Origin: a virus
Lineage: Duplodnaviria > Caudoviricetes
Direction: 5' to 3' (one strand)
Virus record (IMG/VR): IMGVR_UViG_2903468256_000002
Span: 16,676-80,675 of that record
Length of the DNA stretch: 64,000 nucleotides
Each line of letters begins with the position of its first letter. The stretch's first letter is position 1. A model generated the notes under the pieces. That model was not told the origin of the DNA, searched no databases, and saw nothing but the letters and a program-made list of their open reading frames with translations. Positions 1 through 8,298 of the stretch are shown piece after piece. Position numbers and translations under genes: made by a program.

Positions 1-438
1 CTGCTCGACCGCCTTGCGGTAGCGGGCGGTCGGCCTGCCGCCATCGTGGATGGTTCCGCCCGAGACCTTGCGGAGCGTGGCCGCGATGTTCGCGGAGGTC
101 GTGATGCGCTCGGCCCTCGGGACCTTGGCGTACCGGCGCATGACGCACCAGAAGCTGATTTTGGCGTCGTCCCACTGCAAGGCATAGATCTTGGGGAAGA
201 ACTTGGAGCTGATCTCCTTGTCGAGCAGCTGCTGAGCGAAGAACGGGAAGCCATCGGCGAGGCCTATGCGCCCGTTGTAGTGCTTGCCGACCTTCACGAC
301 GACGTCAGGGGCGTCGGGATGGACGAAGGCCGTGGAGAAGGCTCCGCGGCCGATCTGGCGATATCCTGCCTTGCGTAGTGCGGACGCGCTGAAGCAGGCG
401 TGGCGGCGGGCGTGGTTGATCTGGGCTTTGATGTGCAT
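1..438 (-). CDS. T7 gp0.7-like Ser/Thr protein kinase, truncated at window edge
   Basis: Not in the ORF track; translated by hand from ATG at 438 (GGAGAG SD): MHIKAQ...GYRQIGRGAFSTAFVHPDAPDVVVKVG...FPKIYAL. Gly-rich loop plus VKV lysine resemble the T7 kinase N-lobe ([23 protein letters not shown]). The catalytic loop lies outside the window. Confidence 0.65.
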   Translation of the reverse strand, partial: MHIKAQINHARRHACFSASALRKAGYRQIGRGAFSTAFVHPDAPDVVVKVGKHYNGRIGLADGFPFFAQQLLDKEISSKFFPKIYALQWDDAKISFWCVMRRYAKVPRAERITTSANIAATLRKVSGGTIHDGGRPTARYRKAVEQ

Positions 439-454
439 CGGTGCTCTCCGGGGC

Positions 455-487
455 AAACAAAAAGGGCGTCCCGTTGGGGACGCCCTT
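455..487 (-). terminator. Rho-independent terminator
   Basis: 11-bp stem AAGGGCGTCCC/GGGACGCCCTT (462-487) followed on the minus strand by TTTTGTTTG. Confidence 0.75.
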
Positions 488-826
488 GGTTGCTCCTCTT
501 CTCGCGGGAGCAGTTCGGATCTCAGGCTCACGTGGAGATCGGTGCGCAAGTTAAGGTCATTGCAGACCCGCGTTCAGCGAGAGTTGTGGACCCCACTGCG
601 GATTGGCTTGGCCACAAGCAGTCGATTGGTTCCACGATGTCGTGATGTAACATATGAAGTCCGGTGTGCCGTAGGCGGCCCGGATTGGGCGCAGGTATTG
701 GATGTGGGCACTATGTGCTAGTCCGGCTGGTCTGCGGGGTGAGGTTACAACTTCATGATAGCCTCCTATGTTGGCTGATCGATGATCGCCACCCTCATGC
801 TGGGGTGCGCGCATCGGTTTCCCCGA

Positions 827-1066
827 TCAGCTTTGGGGTGTTGCGGCCGGAGCCGAACCTTCGTGCTGGGACATCTTGGCCTCCAGCATGTTGCGCGCAG
901 CCTGATAGAGCGCAGCCTTGTGGCTACGGGCCGGTGCATAGTTGAACTCGAAGCTCATATTGGAGAACGCCTTCTTCAGGGTGTGGTAGTCCTCCACGGC
1001 GACGAGCTCGGCGAACCGGGTGATGCAGTCCACGAGGACTGCGGCCTTGGCGTTGATGTCAGCCAT
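827..1066 (-). CDS. Hypothetical early protein
   Basis: 79 aa ORF, GGAGGG SD, GC3-rich codons. Confidence 0.7.
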   Translation of the reverse strand: MADINAKAAVLVDCITRFAELVAVEDYHTLKKAFSNMSFEFNYAPARSHKAALYQAARNMLEAKMSQHEGSAPAATPQS

Positions 1067-1379
1067 TGCTGGTTTCCCTCCAGATGTGAGCCACCATCTT
1101 GGCGGCGTTGGTGTCCTGGAGATCGCTGAACGCGCACCAGTAGTCGGCGCCGACCTTGAGGTAGGTGGCGGAAATGTCGTCGGTCAGGCGCTCCCACATC
1201 CTGAAGCCGCCCGGGCAATAGATGGGTGGCAGCAGGTTGAGGAACTCCTCGTAGATAGGGAGATCGATCTGCCAGAACTTTCCCAGCATCCAGCGCGCGG
1301 GCTGGCCCTCACGTGTCCACCGATTGAGGTTCACGAAGTGGAGCGTGCGGTCGCCTTTGGCTGAGGGGAGTTGCAGCAT
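1059..1379 (-). CDS. Hypothetical protein, DUF1419-like
   Basis: Pattern YEEFLNLLPP...F.M.E.LT..I...Y.....Y.....DL recalls DUF1419 proteins (from memory). Confidence 0.5.
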   Translation of the reverse strand: MLQLPSAKGDRTLHFVNLNRWTREGQPARWMLGKFWQIDLPIYEEFLNLLPPIYCPGGFRMWERLTDDISATYLKVGADYWCAFSDLQDTNAAKMVAHIWRETSNG

Positions 1380-1491
1380 ATGTTGACCCTTTCACGATTT
1401 TCGAGAAACCAGACGCAGGCCCGGAGGTTGTTGTCGACGAAGTCCCGGTCGCTCTCCAGATAGTCACCCACGCCATAGAGCCGGCGCTTCT

Positions 1492-1704
1492 TCACCTTGG
1501 GGATACGCATGGCTGATCCCAGGAGAGGTCGAAGACGGAGACGTAATACTCGCTGCCGGGTTGGCCATCCGACCAACTGACGTAGACGCGGTTCCTGCCG
1601 GTCTTGTCCCAGCCGGTCACCGTGGCGGCTTCGCCGCGGAAGGAGGTCACGGGGTCGCCCACTTTCACCGGGCGACCATCAGGGTGGAAAAGGTGACGGT
1701 TCAT
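1492..1704 (-). CDS. Hypothetical small beta-rich (SH3-like) protein
   Basis: 70 aa, VKVGDPVTSFRGEAATVTG pattern, GGAGG SD. Confidence 0.65.
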   Translation of the reverse strand: MNRHLFHPDGRPVKVGDPVTSFRGEAATVTGWDKTGRNRVYVSWSDGQPGSEYYVSVFDLSWDQPCVSPR

Positions 1705-1706
1705 GG

Positions 1707-1922
1707 TTAGGCCTCCGGCGGATCATAGATTTCGAAGGGGTTGCCCTCGGCGAGGTGACCGAAGGGTGTCATCAGATATTCGTCGTCCTGGTAGCTCATC
1801 ACGGTGAGCACATAGCGCGGCTCGCCCGTCTTGGAGTCCGTGCATTCGAGCAGGGCAAGCTGTCCGTCCTGGGCGGCGCGCAGGAGCGTGTCGAAGTTCT
1901 TGCGGTGGTGTTCGGGGATCAT
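1707..1922 (-). CDS. DUF6117-like protein
   Basis: Start reassigned to MIPEHH (AGGAG SD). NFDTLLRAAQDGQLALLECTD..TGEPRYV...TPFGHL..GNP matches the recalled DUF6117 pattern. Confidence 0.6.
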   Translation of the reverse strand: MIPEHHRKNFDTLLRAAQDGQLALLECTDSKTGEPRYVLTVMSYQDDEYLMTPFGHLAEGNPFEIYDPPEA

Positions 1923-2067
1923 GGACGTGCTCCTGTGTTGGTGGCGGCCACGCGAGGGTGATAAGGCCTCAGTCCGGAGGTCATGGGACATGGCGTGGCC
2001 GCCTGCGCCTCGCCCTGACTGGAGGGAGGGCGAGTTGCAGTTGCTGTTGCTGTTGGTCGGGGTAGGC

Positions 2068-2511
2068 CTAGGAGGTGGAGGTGGCGCGGGCGATGATCTC
2101 GGCCCGGACGTGCTCGGGGAAGATGTCCAGATCCTCGACCGTGATCTCTTGCGAGACCAGCAGTGGGACGTGCTCTTCGATGTCGATCAGCTCGCGATCG
2201 GTGAAGTCACCAGTGTCAATACGTGGGTCGCGCCATTGTGGCGGCGGGAGATCGTCATATTTGAAGGACTTCTCCACGACCACTCGCCAGTGGTGGGGCT
2301 CGATGCAGCGGGGCTCTAGGCAGGTGGGCCGGATCGATATACGTGGCTGATCCACGAGGTTCAGCAGCACACGGGCCGGGTTGCCGAAGTCACGCATGAC
2401 TGGGTGACGGCCACGCATGGGGCCGTCCCAGATCAGGTGGTTACCTTCGAGGTGTGAGAGCCGAGCCACGCGGTCGGCCAGTGATGTCTTGGGGCGTGCC
2501 ATGGTGCTCAT
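2068..2511 (-). CDS. Degenerate HNH/zinc-loop endonuclease-like protein
   Basis: IWDG...CLEPRCIEPHH resembles the C-x4-C-x2-P-x-H loop of phage HNH nucleases; the first His appears to be lost. Confidence 0.45.
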   Translation of the reverse strand: MSTMARPKTSLADRVARLSHLEGNHLIWDGPMRGRHPVMRDFGNPARVLLNLVDQPRISIRPTCLEPRCIEPHHWRVVVEKSFKYDDLPPPQWRDPRIDTGDFTDRELIDIEEHVPLLVSQEITVEDLDIFPEHVRAEIIARATSTS

Positions 2512-2700
2512 ATGGGTGGGAGAGAGTTAACCGAACAGTCCGGACCCCCAACTCAGTATGTCAATTTTAATATTGTACTCTGAGTACGGATTTTTTCCGC
2601 GGTCCCTAAGAGTAACTACATACTGTTCTGTTTATTCTCTCCGCATTGGGGAAAAAGGAGAGAGAAAAAAGTACTTTCTTATATGGGGAAAAGTGAATGA

Positions 2701-2727
2701 TTAGAAAGGCTTACGAAGCCTTTCTAA
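2701..2727. terminator. Perfect 12-bp hairpin, probable terminator or regulatory stem
   Basis: TTAGAAAGGCTT-ACG-AAGCCTTTCTAA immediately after the stop of the 2740-2889 ORF. Confidence 0.6.
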
Positions 2728-2739
2728 CCCAATTTCTGA

Positions 2740-2889
2740 TCAGTGCTGGGTCTCGATTGCTTCAAGCACCCTACCGGTCAGCCGGCGATCCCTGACCTCT
2801 TCGAGATAGCGAATGGCCTCAAGCCGGTTCCTCTCGATGGCCTCAAGCCGCTGCTCGACCTTGGCCGAGACATAATAGGGGTGTTGCAT
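2740..2889 (-). CDS. Small hypothetical protein (49 aa)
   Basis: Start MQHPYY with GGAG SD; internal RLEAI repeat (ATGGCCTCAAGCCG twice on the + strand). Confidence 0.55.
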   Translation of the reverse strand: MQHPYYVSAKVEQRLEAIERNRLEAIRYLEEVRDRRLTGRVLEAIETQH

Positions 2890-2951
2890 CTGATTTCTCC
2901 GTGAAAGTGGTTGCGAAATGCAACCGGAAAATTCATGCGAACGCACACTAC

Positions 2952-2986
2952 AAAAAGTTGGCGCGGCCCTGAATTGGCCCGCGCCA
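2952..2986 (-). terminator. Terminator-like hairpin
   Basis: TGGCGCGG/CCGCGCCA stem (2959-2986) followed on the minus strand by ACTTTTTG. Confidence 0.55.
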
Positions 2987-3197
2987 CCGCCTGCGCCACA
3001 CCCAGGTCATGACTAGGCCCTGATTTATGCAACCAAAGGCAGCAGCAAACTCAGCAGCACGTCAGATTGGTTGTGGCGCAGGCGTTGGAAGTGGTCGTCG
3101 TCCCTCCGTCCGTGTTGATCCGTCGCTCACACTGCGCGCCCTCCCGGGCTTCCGGCACGTCCCGCTCCTCCACACGACCGTGGAGCGGCCTAAATCG

Positions 3198-3407
3198 TTA
3201 TCGAACCTGCACGCAGCGGATCTCGCGCCAGCCCTTGGGCACATGCGCGCCCTGCCAGGCGGCCACGCAGTCCGACCCGGCGCCAGCCACGTACAGCTGG
3301 TCGTCGTAGGTCGTGACCTGCAGCTCGTAGTGCTCGGGCGCCGGCGGCGCAGAGAGCCAGCTGGTGAGCCAGGCGAGCGCCGAGGCGGCGATGGCGATGC
3401 GGATCAT
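3198..3407 (-). CDS. Small secreted or membrane-anchored protein
   Basis: Hydrophobic N-terminus MIRIAIAASALAWLTSWLSA, two Cys. Confidence 0.65.
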   Translation of the reverse strand: MIRIAIAASALAWLTSWLSAPPAPEHYELQVTTYDDQLYVAGAGSDCVAAWQGAHVPKGWREIRCVQVR

Positions 3408-3823
3408 GACAATTCTCCCTCGAATACGACCTTGAGATCAGAGAGCTCGAACCCTTGGCTGCGGGCGAGCTTCTCGGCTTCCACTTCACAATGCAGAGCG
3501 CCGCCCTTCACCCGCGCCAGCGCATGGCCTTCTTGGCGATCCATGATCACGAAGACTGTCTCCACCCCACGCTGATCCTGCGGCGTGTACAGCCGGCGGG
3601 CGTTTCGGGTGATCGGGGCCTGGCGCTGGCGCGACGGCCGAGCGCTAGGCTCGGGCACCGGTTCATGGGTGTGGACGCGCTCCTTCGAGAGCTTGTTCCA
3701 GACGCGATGCACCGGCTCGGCAAAAGAGTGCGATTGCACGAAGCCGTCCTCGCGCACCAGCACGGTCGTGGCCAGTCGGCGGCCAAGGCGGGGTTTTTGC
3801 GTCAAGTCCGGAAGGACGCGCAT
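3404..3823 (-). CDS. Hypothetical early protein
   Basis: ORF with AGGAG SD, ATGA overlap with the next gene. Confidence 0.65.
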   Translation of the reverse strand: MRVLPDLTQKPRLGRRLATTVLVREDGFVQSHSFAEPVHRVWNKLSKERVHTHEPVPEPSARPSRQRQAPITRNARRLYTPQDQRGVETVFVIMDRQEGHALARVKGGALHCEVEAEKLARSQGFELSDLKVVFEGELS

Positions 3824-3951
3824 TCGCACTCTCCTGAAAAGTTTTGGGCTGTAGTGAGCGCGCTAAAGGTTGAGCTTCGCGCACCCTATGACGCACACGC
3901 ATGAGCGTGCGCAGGAGACCCGCCCCCGAGGGGGCGGGGTAGGAGGGTGGC

Positions 3952-4581
3952 TTACGCCACCTTCCTCTGGGCTTCGGCCTGTGCCCGCTGGATGTGCTCA
4001 TTCAGCCATCCGGCGAACTCCATCGCCTGCTCCAGCGTCAAGGCGCTGGCAGCGTGCTTCAGCCCGACCATCGGGTCGACCGGGTTGAGTTCGGCCTCAC
4101 GCTTGGCCTTTTCTTCGGCCTCCGCCTTGGCCTCTTCCTCCGCCTTGGCCTTGGCCTCCGCTTCGGGGTCCGGTTCGGCCTCCGCCTTTGGCGGCATGGT
4201 TTCGACGCTGGCGTATTTGCAGACGTCCTCATAATCCTTCATGTTCGTGACCTTGAGCGCGGTCTTGTGCGCCTCCAGCGCCTTGACCGCGAAGTCGATT
4301 GCCTCATCCAAGGCAAGCTCGACGACGGCCTTGCGGTGCTCCGCCGGGAAGCCTTCGGAGAAGGCCTTTTCCGCGATGCGCCATGCGTTGCGGAATGTGG
4401 AAGTCTCCTTGGCCTCCTTGGCCGTGCCGAAGACCTTGTCAGCAAGGCGCTTTTTCGCACCCTTGCCGCTATCGCGGCACATCGCCAGCCAGCACACGCC
4501 GACATAGTAGGCACCATTCGTCTTGTTCTCGAGGTCGCGGATGCGTCCTGCAACGCCCGCCAGTGTGTAACCCGTTGCCAT
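3952..4581 (-). CDS. Hypothetical protein with Glu/Ala/Lys-rich linker
   Basis: Start reassigned to MATGYT (GGAGAG SD); strong GC3 bias; EAEAKAKAEEEAKAEAEEKAKRE segment. Confidence 0.75.
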   Translation of the reverse strand: MATGYTLAGVAGRIRDLENKTNGAYYVGVCWLAMCRDSGKGAKKRLADKVFGTAKEAKETSTFRNAWRIAEKAFSEGFPAEHRKAVVELALDEAIDFAVKALEAHKTALKVTNMKDYEDVCKYASVETMPPKAEAEPDPEAEAKAKAEEEAKAEAEEKAKREAELNPVDPMVGLKHAASALTLEQAMEFAGWLNEHIQRAQAEAQRKVA

Positions 4582-4595
4582 TTCACTCTCCGTTT

Positions 4596-4677
4596 TGCTC
4601 AATCGAGCAGGTTGCCGATCAGGCGCACCCCTCCCGTCCTCGCCCCCCCTTCGGGCTTGGCGCTGCTCATTTGAGCA
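4596..4677. promoter_or_regulatory. Pair of palindromic operator-like sites TGCTC-N4-GAGCA
   Basis: TGCTC-AATC-GAGCA at 4596-4609 and TGCTC-ATTT-GAGCA at 4664-4677, just upstream of the 4581 start. Confidence 0.45.
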
Positions 4678-4905
4678 ACTTCCGGTCCGGGCATGGCTCC
4701 GCCACTCCCCTCGCGAGAGGGGTTGTTGGTGGGGGAGACCCCGCCACCGGCCTAACCGGCCGATAACCAAAGATAACCCATGGGATCGCAGGAACAAGCA
4801 AAGGAGTACACCATTTTTCCAGTATTTCCAAGTGTTAGCGGCGGGAATAGTGCCACATATACTATACAAAAATTTTTGGAAATTGGACCAATATTACTCC
4901 TGAAC

Positions 4906-4937
4906 GAAAAAGGGCGCCCCGAAGAGCGCCCTTTCTT
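4906..4937. terminator. Probable bidirectional terminator ending the primase operon
   Basis: AAAGGGCGC/GCGCCCTTT stem with A-run on the left and T-rich tail on the right. Confidence 0.7.
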
Positions 4938-4988
4938 CCGCGTCTCTTGACCAAATCCCTAGTCCCAACCCGGGAGATGGTCAAACGC

Positions 4989-4999
4989 GATACTATAGG
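4989..4999 (-). promoter_or_regulatory. Motif A site (CCTATAGTATC)
   Basis: Context GCACTAAAATCACTCTTCCTATAGTATCG, near-identical to the site at 40522. Confidence 0.55.
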
Positions 5000-5009
5000 A
5001 AGAGTGATT

Positions 5010-5237
5010 TTAGTGCTTTCCCTCCGGAATTTCAGGCATTCGCGCAGCCAGATCGGCGCAGGTGTCCCGCATTGCAGCCAGTGCCTGATCCACCGGCATC
5101 CTGGAAACCAGGAACTGAGCGACCGCCTGCATGGTGCAGGCGCAAATCTCCAGGTCGGGACACCCCGCCTGAGACGCGATGTCCATGTGGTCACTCACTG
5201 CATCCATCAGCAAATCGAGATCTGCCTGTTCACTCAT
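5010..5237 (-). CDS. Hypothetical protein
   Basis: 75 aa helical ORF downstream of primase. Confidence 0.6.
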   Translation of the reverse strand: MSEQADLDLLMDAVSDHMDIASQAGCPDLEICACTMQAVAQFLVSRMPVDQALAAMRDTCADLAARMPEIPEGKH

Positions 5238-5285
5238 AGCTGATCCACTTCTCGTACTCCCACCACTCGTCAGCATCGACAGTTA

Positions 5286-7721
5286 TCACTTCATCGCCCC
5301 CACAACTGTGACGAAGTTGTACACGATGTCGGTGCCCCCGTTCCGGATCTCGCGCAGCTGTTCGAACCTGAAGGCGCCGGCCAGCTCCTTCATCAATGCA
5401 TGAAATCGCATCCGTGGCACACGCGCGACACCCCCCGCCATCGTGCAGAAAGCCCAGTATTCGTCGAAAAGGTGATCCCCCATAGTGCGGGTCTTGGAAG
5501 TGCCCTCGTGCTCGCGCTTTCCGACTCTGAGACGAGGGCTCTGTGACAAAAAATATCGCACCGAGTTGTTCTGGTTGGCCATGTCGTCGATCGCAGTCAT
5601 GTGGCTGGTCGGCAACGTGTAGTCCTTGTTGACCTTCAACCGTGACAGGCCCAGGAGCGCCCAGGCGACGATCTGCTCACGCTCGGAGGCGAGAATGATC
5701 TGATCGATGTCGATGATCTTCTTCTCGTCCGAGATCCGCCGCGGGAACTCCAGGAACAACCAGCGGCGATTGAAACCATCGGAGGTATCCTTGGTGCGGG
5801 GAGTGTGGTTCGAAGCGAACCACTGCGCCGCCCTCGGCCGGAACCTGAAGATCGGCTGGTTCTTCATCTGTGCCTCGATCTCGGCGCCCTCGATCACTTG
5901 CTTGAAGACCTCGCCGGAGATGTCGCGCTTTTCCGAGATCTCACCCGCGAAGTTGACCAGCTTGTCGGCCATCTGGGCCGGCATAAACTTGTCACCCCAA
6001 TCGGTCGGCGGAACAGCCGAGTGACACCCGTCCGGCATCAGGCCCTTCAGGATCTCCAGAATTCTCGACTTGCCGCTGTGCGCTTGGCCGATCAGGCAGA
6101 AGGCTCGCTGGTATTTGGGGGCAACACCCATGAGCGTTACCGCAAGAGCCTCCTGCAAAGCCATCACCTTGTCGCCATAGTCGGCGTCTTCTCCCCAGCA
6201 ATCGTCCAGCATCTGGAGGAAAAGCGGGCAGCGGCTGTCTTCCTGGTACCGATAGGGCAGCACGTAGGTGCAGCCGAACTCCGGCGAATGCTTGCGGAGC
6301 TCCAGGTCCTCGGTCAGGAAGCCGTTGGCGAAGTTCACGCCGGTCAGGGAGACAGTCTGGAGGGTCTCGGAGATCAGGCCGGCCATCAGCTTCACGATCT
6401 GCGAGATGTCGGAGTAGCGCCGGCACACGGGCAGGTGGCCATACTCCTCCGACAGGTGCTTGATGAAGTCGTTCTGGTCGACCGTCTGCCAGGACGCGCC
6501 CTTCCACTGCCAGAACTGGCCCTGATGGTGCTTCAGCTTGCCGAACTCCTCCATGTCCTTGATCAGGGCGCGCGCGACCTCGGAGTGGTCGGTGCCCGTG
6601 ATGTCGCCGGCGCGGAGCTTCAGGAGCTCCTTGCGCAGCGTGGTCACGCTGTAGGAGCCCTTCGATGCCGAGACGATGAACTTCAGGATGCGCTCTTCGT
6701 CGAGCGCGCCGATCTCGGAGTTGCGCGCCAAGCGATCGAGCGCCACTTCCACGGCGCGAGTCCAGCCGGCAGTGTCCGGCGTAACGTGACGCTCGAACTC
6801 ACTGACGAGGTGGGCAACGATCTTCTCCGGCTCCCACTGCTCATTCTCGTCGCTGATGACGAGGCCGAGCTTGGTCTTGTCTTCCTCGGTCAACCCGTCG
6901 TCCCAGCCGGTCGGCAGGGCCTTGCGCTTGTCGCCGAGCACGTCGCGCATGAGGAAGTCGACAACCTTGGTCTGCGCCTTCTCGACGGAGACAGGATCAC
7001 CCGCCACCTTCTCGACATAGCCCTCGACCCAGGCCTTCATCTCACCCATGGCCTCGATCAGCGTGCGCTCGCCGCGCGTGACAGCCCGGGCCAGCAGGCC
7101 GGCATTGTAGACCAGCGCGTTGTCGCGCGCACCAGCTGGCACGAACGACGTGATCTTGGTGTTGCCCGAGCTCGAGAGCTCGAAGCCCTCGGCCTTCAGC
7201 GCCTCGCGGAGCAGGCCTTCGACACCCTTCGGGAGCGCCGGGAGCGCGCCGATGACGTCGATCAGCTCGACGTTGGAGCTGTAGGGCTTGCCCGTGTCCG
7301 GGTGGATTGACGGAGGGAGCACGATCTGGGTGCCCTTGGACAGGCATTCCAGCAGCATTTCACCCTTCGAGTCCTTGACGCGGAAAGTGCGCTCGCCCTC
7401 GAAGCGATAGGCGTAGACCGCACCCTTGCGGCCGACACGCCGCCACGGCGAGGCCGGCAGGAGCTGCTCTATGATGCGCTGGACACGCGGGTCGTCGCTG
7501 TCGACGTCGATCGCCACCACGCCGGACGCGGCGCCCATGGGCAGACCGATGTTGCCGTCACCCTTCTGGCCCAGCCACTCACGCTGTTCGCGCTCGGTGG
7601 GCATACGGTCGGCGAAAACCTGCCACGCATCGATCCAGGGGCGCTTGAAACCGACCCGCAACGGGATCGCAGGCTTGCCGAGGGCCCAATATTTCGGTGC
7701 TTCAGAGGCAAAAATACCCAT
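5286..7721 (-). CDS. Bifunctional primase-polymerase / SF3 (D5-like) helicase
   Basis: N-terminal Prim-Pol motifs (IPL...KRP, GNIGLPMG, VAIDVD); Walker A GQAHSGKS; FASNH motif C. Confidence 0.9.
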   Translation of the reverse strand: MGIFASEAPKYWALGKPAIPLRVGFKRPWIDAWQVFADRMPTEREQREWLGQKGDGNIGLPMGAASGVVAIDVDSDDPRVQRIIEQLLPASPWRRVGRKGAVYAYRFEGERTFRVKDSKGEMLLECLSKGTQIVLPPSIHPDTGKPYSSNVELIDVIGALPALPKGVEGLLREALKAEGFELSSSGNTKITSFVPAGARDNALVYNAGLLARAVTRGERTLIEAMGEMKAWVEGYVEKVAGDPVSVEKAQTKVVDFLMRDVLGDKRKALPTGWDDGLTEEDKTKLGLVISDENEQWEPEKIVAHLVSEFERHVTPDTAGWTRAVEVALDRLARNSEIGALDEERILKFIVSASKGSYSVTTLRKELLKLRAGDITGTDHSEVARALIKDMEEFGKLKHHQGQFWQWKGASWQTVDQNDFIKHLSEEYGHLPVCRRYSDISQIVKLMAGLISETLQTVSLTGVNFANGFLTEDLELRKHSPEFGCTYVLPYRYQEDSRCPLFLQMLDDCWGEDADYGDKVMALQEALAVTLMGVAPKYQRAFCLIGQAHSGKSRILEILKGLMPDGCHSAVPPTDWGDKFMPAQMADKLVNFAGEISEKRDISGEVFKQVIEGAEIEAQMKNQPIFRFRPRAAQWFASNHTPRTKDTSDGFNRRWLFLEFPRRISDEKKIIDIDQIILASEREQIVAWALLGLSRLKVNKDYTLPTSHMTAIDDMANQNNSVRYFLSQSPRLRVGKREHEGTSKTRTMGDHLFDEYWAFCTMAGGVARVPRMRFHALMKELAGAFRFEQLREIRNGGTDIVYNFVTVVGAMK

Positions 7722-8179
7722 TATCCGGCCTCCTTCACGCGCTCTTTGAGGGCCTGGACCTGGTCCGCATCGCAGACTTCGGTCAGAAAACCCATGATTT
7801 TGGCCTGAAAATCGGCCATTTCGCGCATCGTCCAGACCTTTTCGCGGGCGGCGACCAGCTTCTCGATCAGGCCGGCGCGGGCCTTGGCCACCTGTAGCTT
7901 TTCGGAATGGTCGGCGTTGCCCAGGCTGGCGACGAGCGTCTTCAGGTCGGCCAGGACGGTGGTGATCTCCTGCTCGACGTAGTCAAGACGATCGGTCTCG
8001 CCTTCGAAGGTCACCGCGGCCGACTGAACAGTGCGGCCATTGAGCTCTTTCAGGAAGTCGCGCATTTCGGAAGGATAGGGGGACTGATCCAGATAGTCAG
8101 GCTGCTCGCGCAGCTGGTTCAGCACCACCCTTAGCTGGAGGACAACAGCCTCCGGCAAGGTCGGATAGAAGTTCGACAT
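7721..8179 (-). CDS. Helical hypothetical protein (candidate terminase small subunit)
   Basis: Start reassigned to MSNFYP; coiled-coil-like; divergent from TerL; function not shown. Confidence 0.6.
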   Translation of the reverse strand: MSNFYPTLPEAVVLQLRVVLNQLREQPDYLDQSPYPSEMRDFLKELNGRTVQSAAVTFEGETDRLDYVEQEITTVLADLKTLVASLGNADHSEKLQVAKARAGLIEKLVAAREKVWTMREMADFQAKIMGFLTEVCDADQVQALKERVKEAG

Positions 8180-8235
8180 GAGGTACTCCGGGTTGGGGTA
8201 CCTGATGTGGGCACGAATTTCAAAAATGCTCGGCA

Positions 8236-8246
8236 GATACTCTAGG
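8236..8246 (-). promoter_or_regulatory. Motif A site (CCTAGAGTATC)
   Basis: In the divergent intergenic region, 57 nt upstream of the 8179 start. Confidence 0.55.
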
Positions 8247-8298
8247 GGGAACGGAAACAAAATTCGAAATTCTGGAGAACAGCGCCCACGTCGGGCGC

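Noticed and set aside
557-814. 85-aa ORF in the candidate ncRNA region
   Set aside because: No SD, codon usage unlike neighbouring genes, no motif; kept as non-coding candidate instead.
1331-1510. ORF MRIPKVKKRRLYGV... between early genes
   Set aside because: Plausible but overlaps both neighbours (19 and 49 nt) with a weak SD; not supportable as a feature.
4791-4815. GGAAC-N16-CATT, an EcfG-type promoter match pointing toward the 4906 terminator
   Set aside because: My rough estimate is more than one such match expected by chance in 64 kb on both strands; a single site is not evidence.
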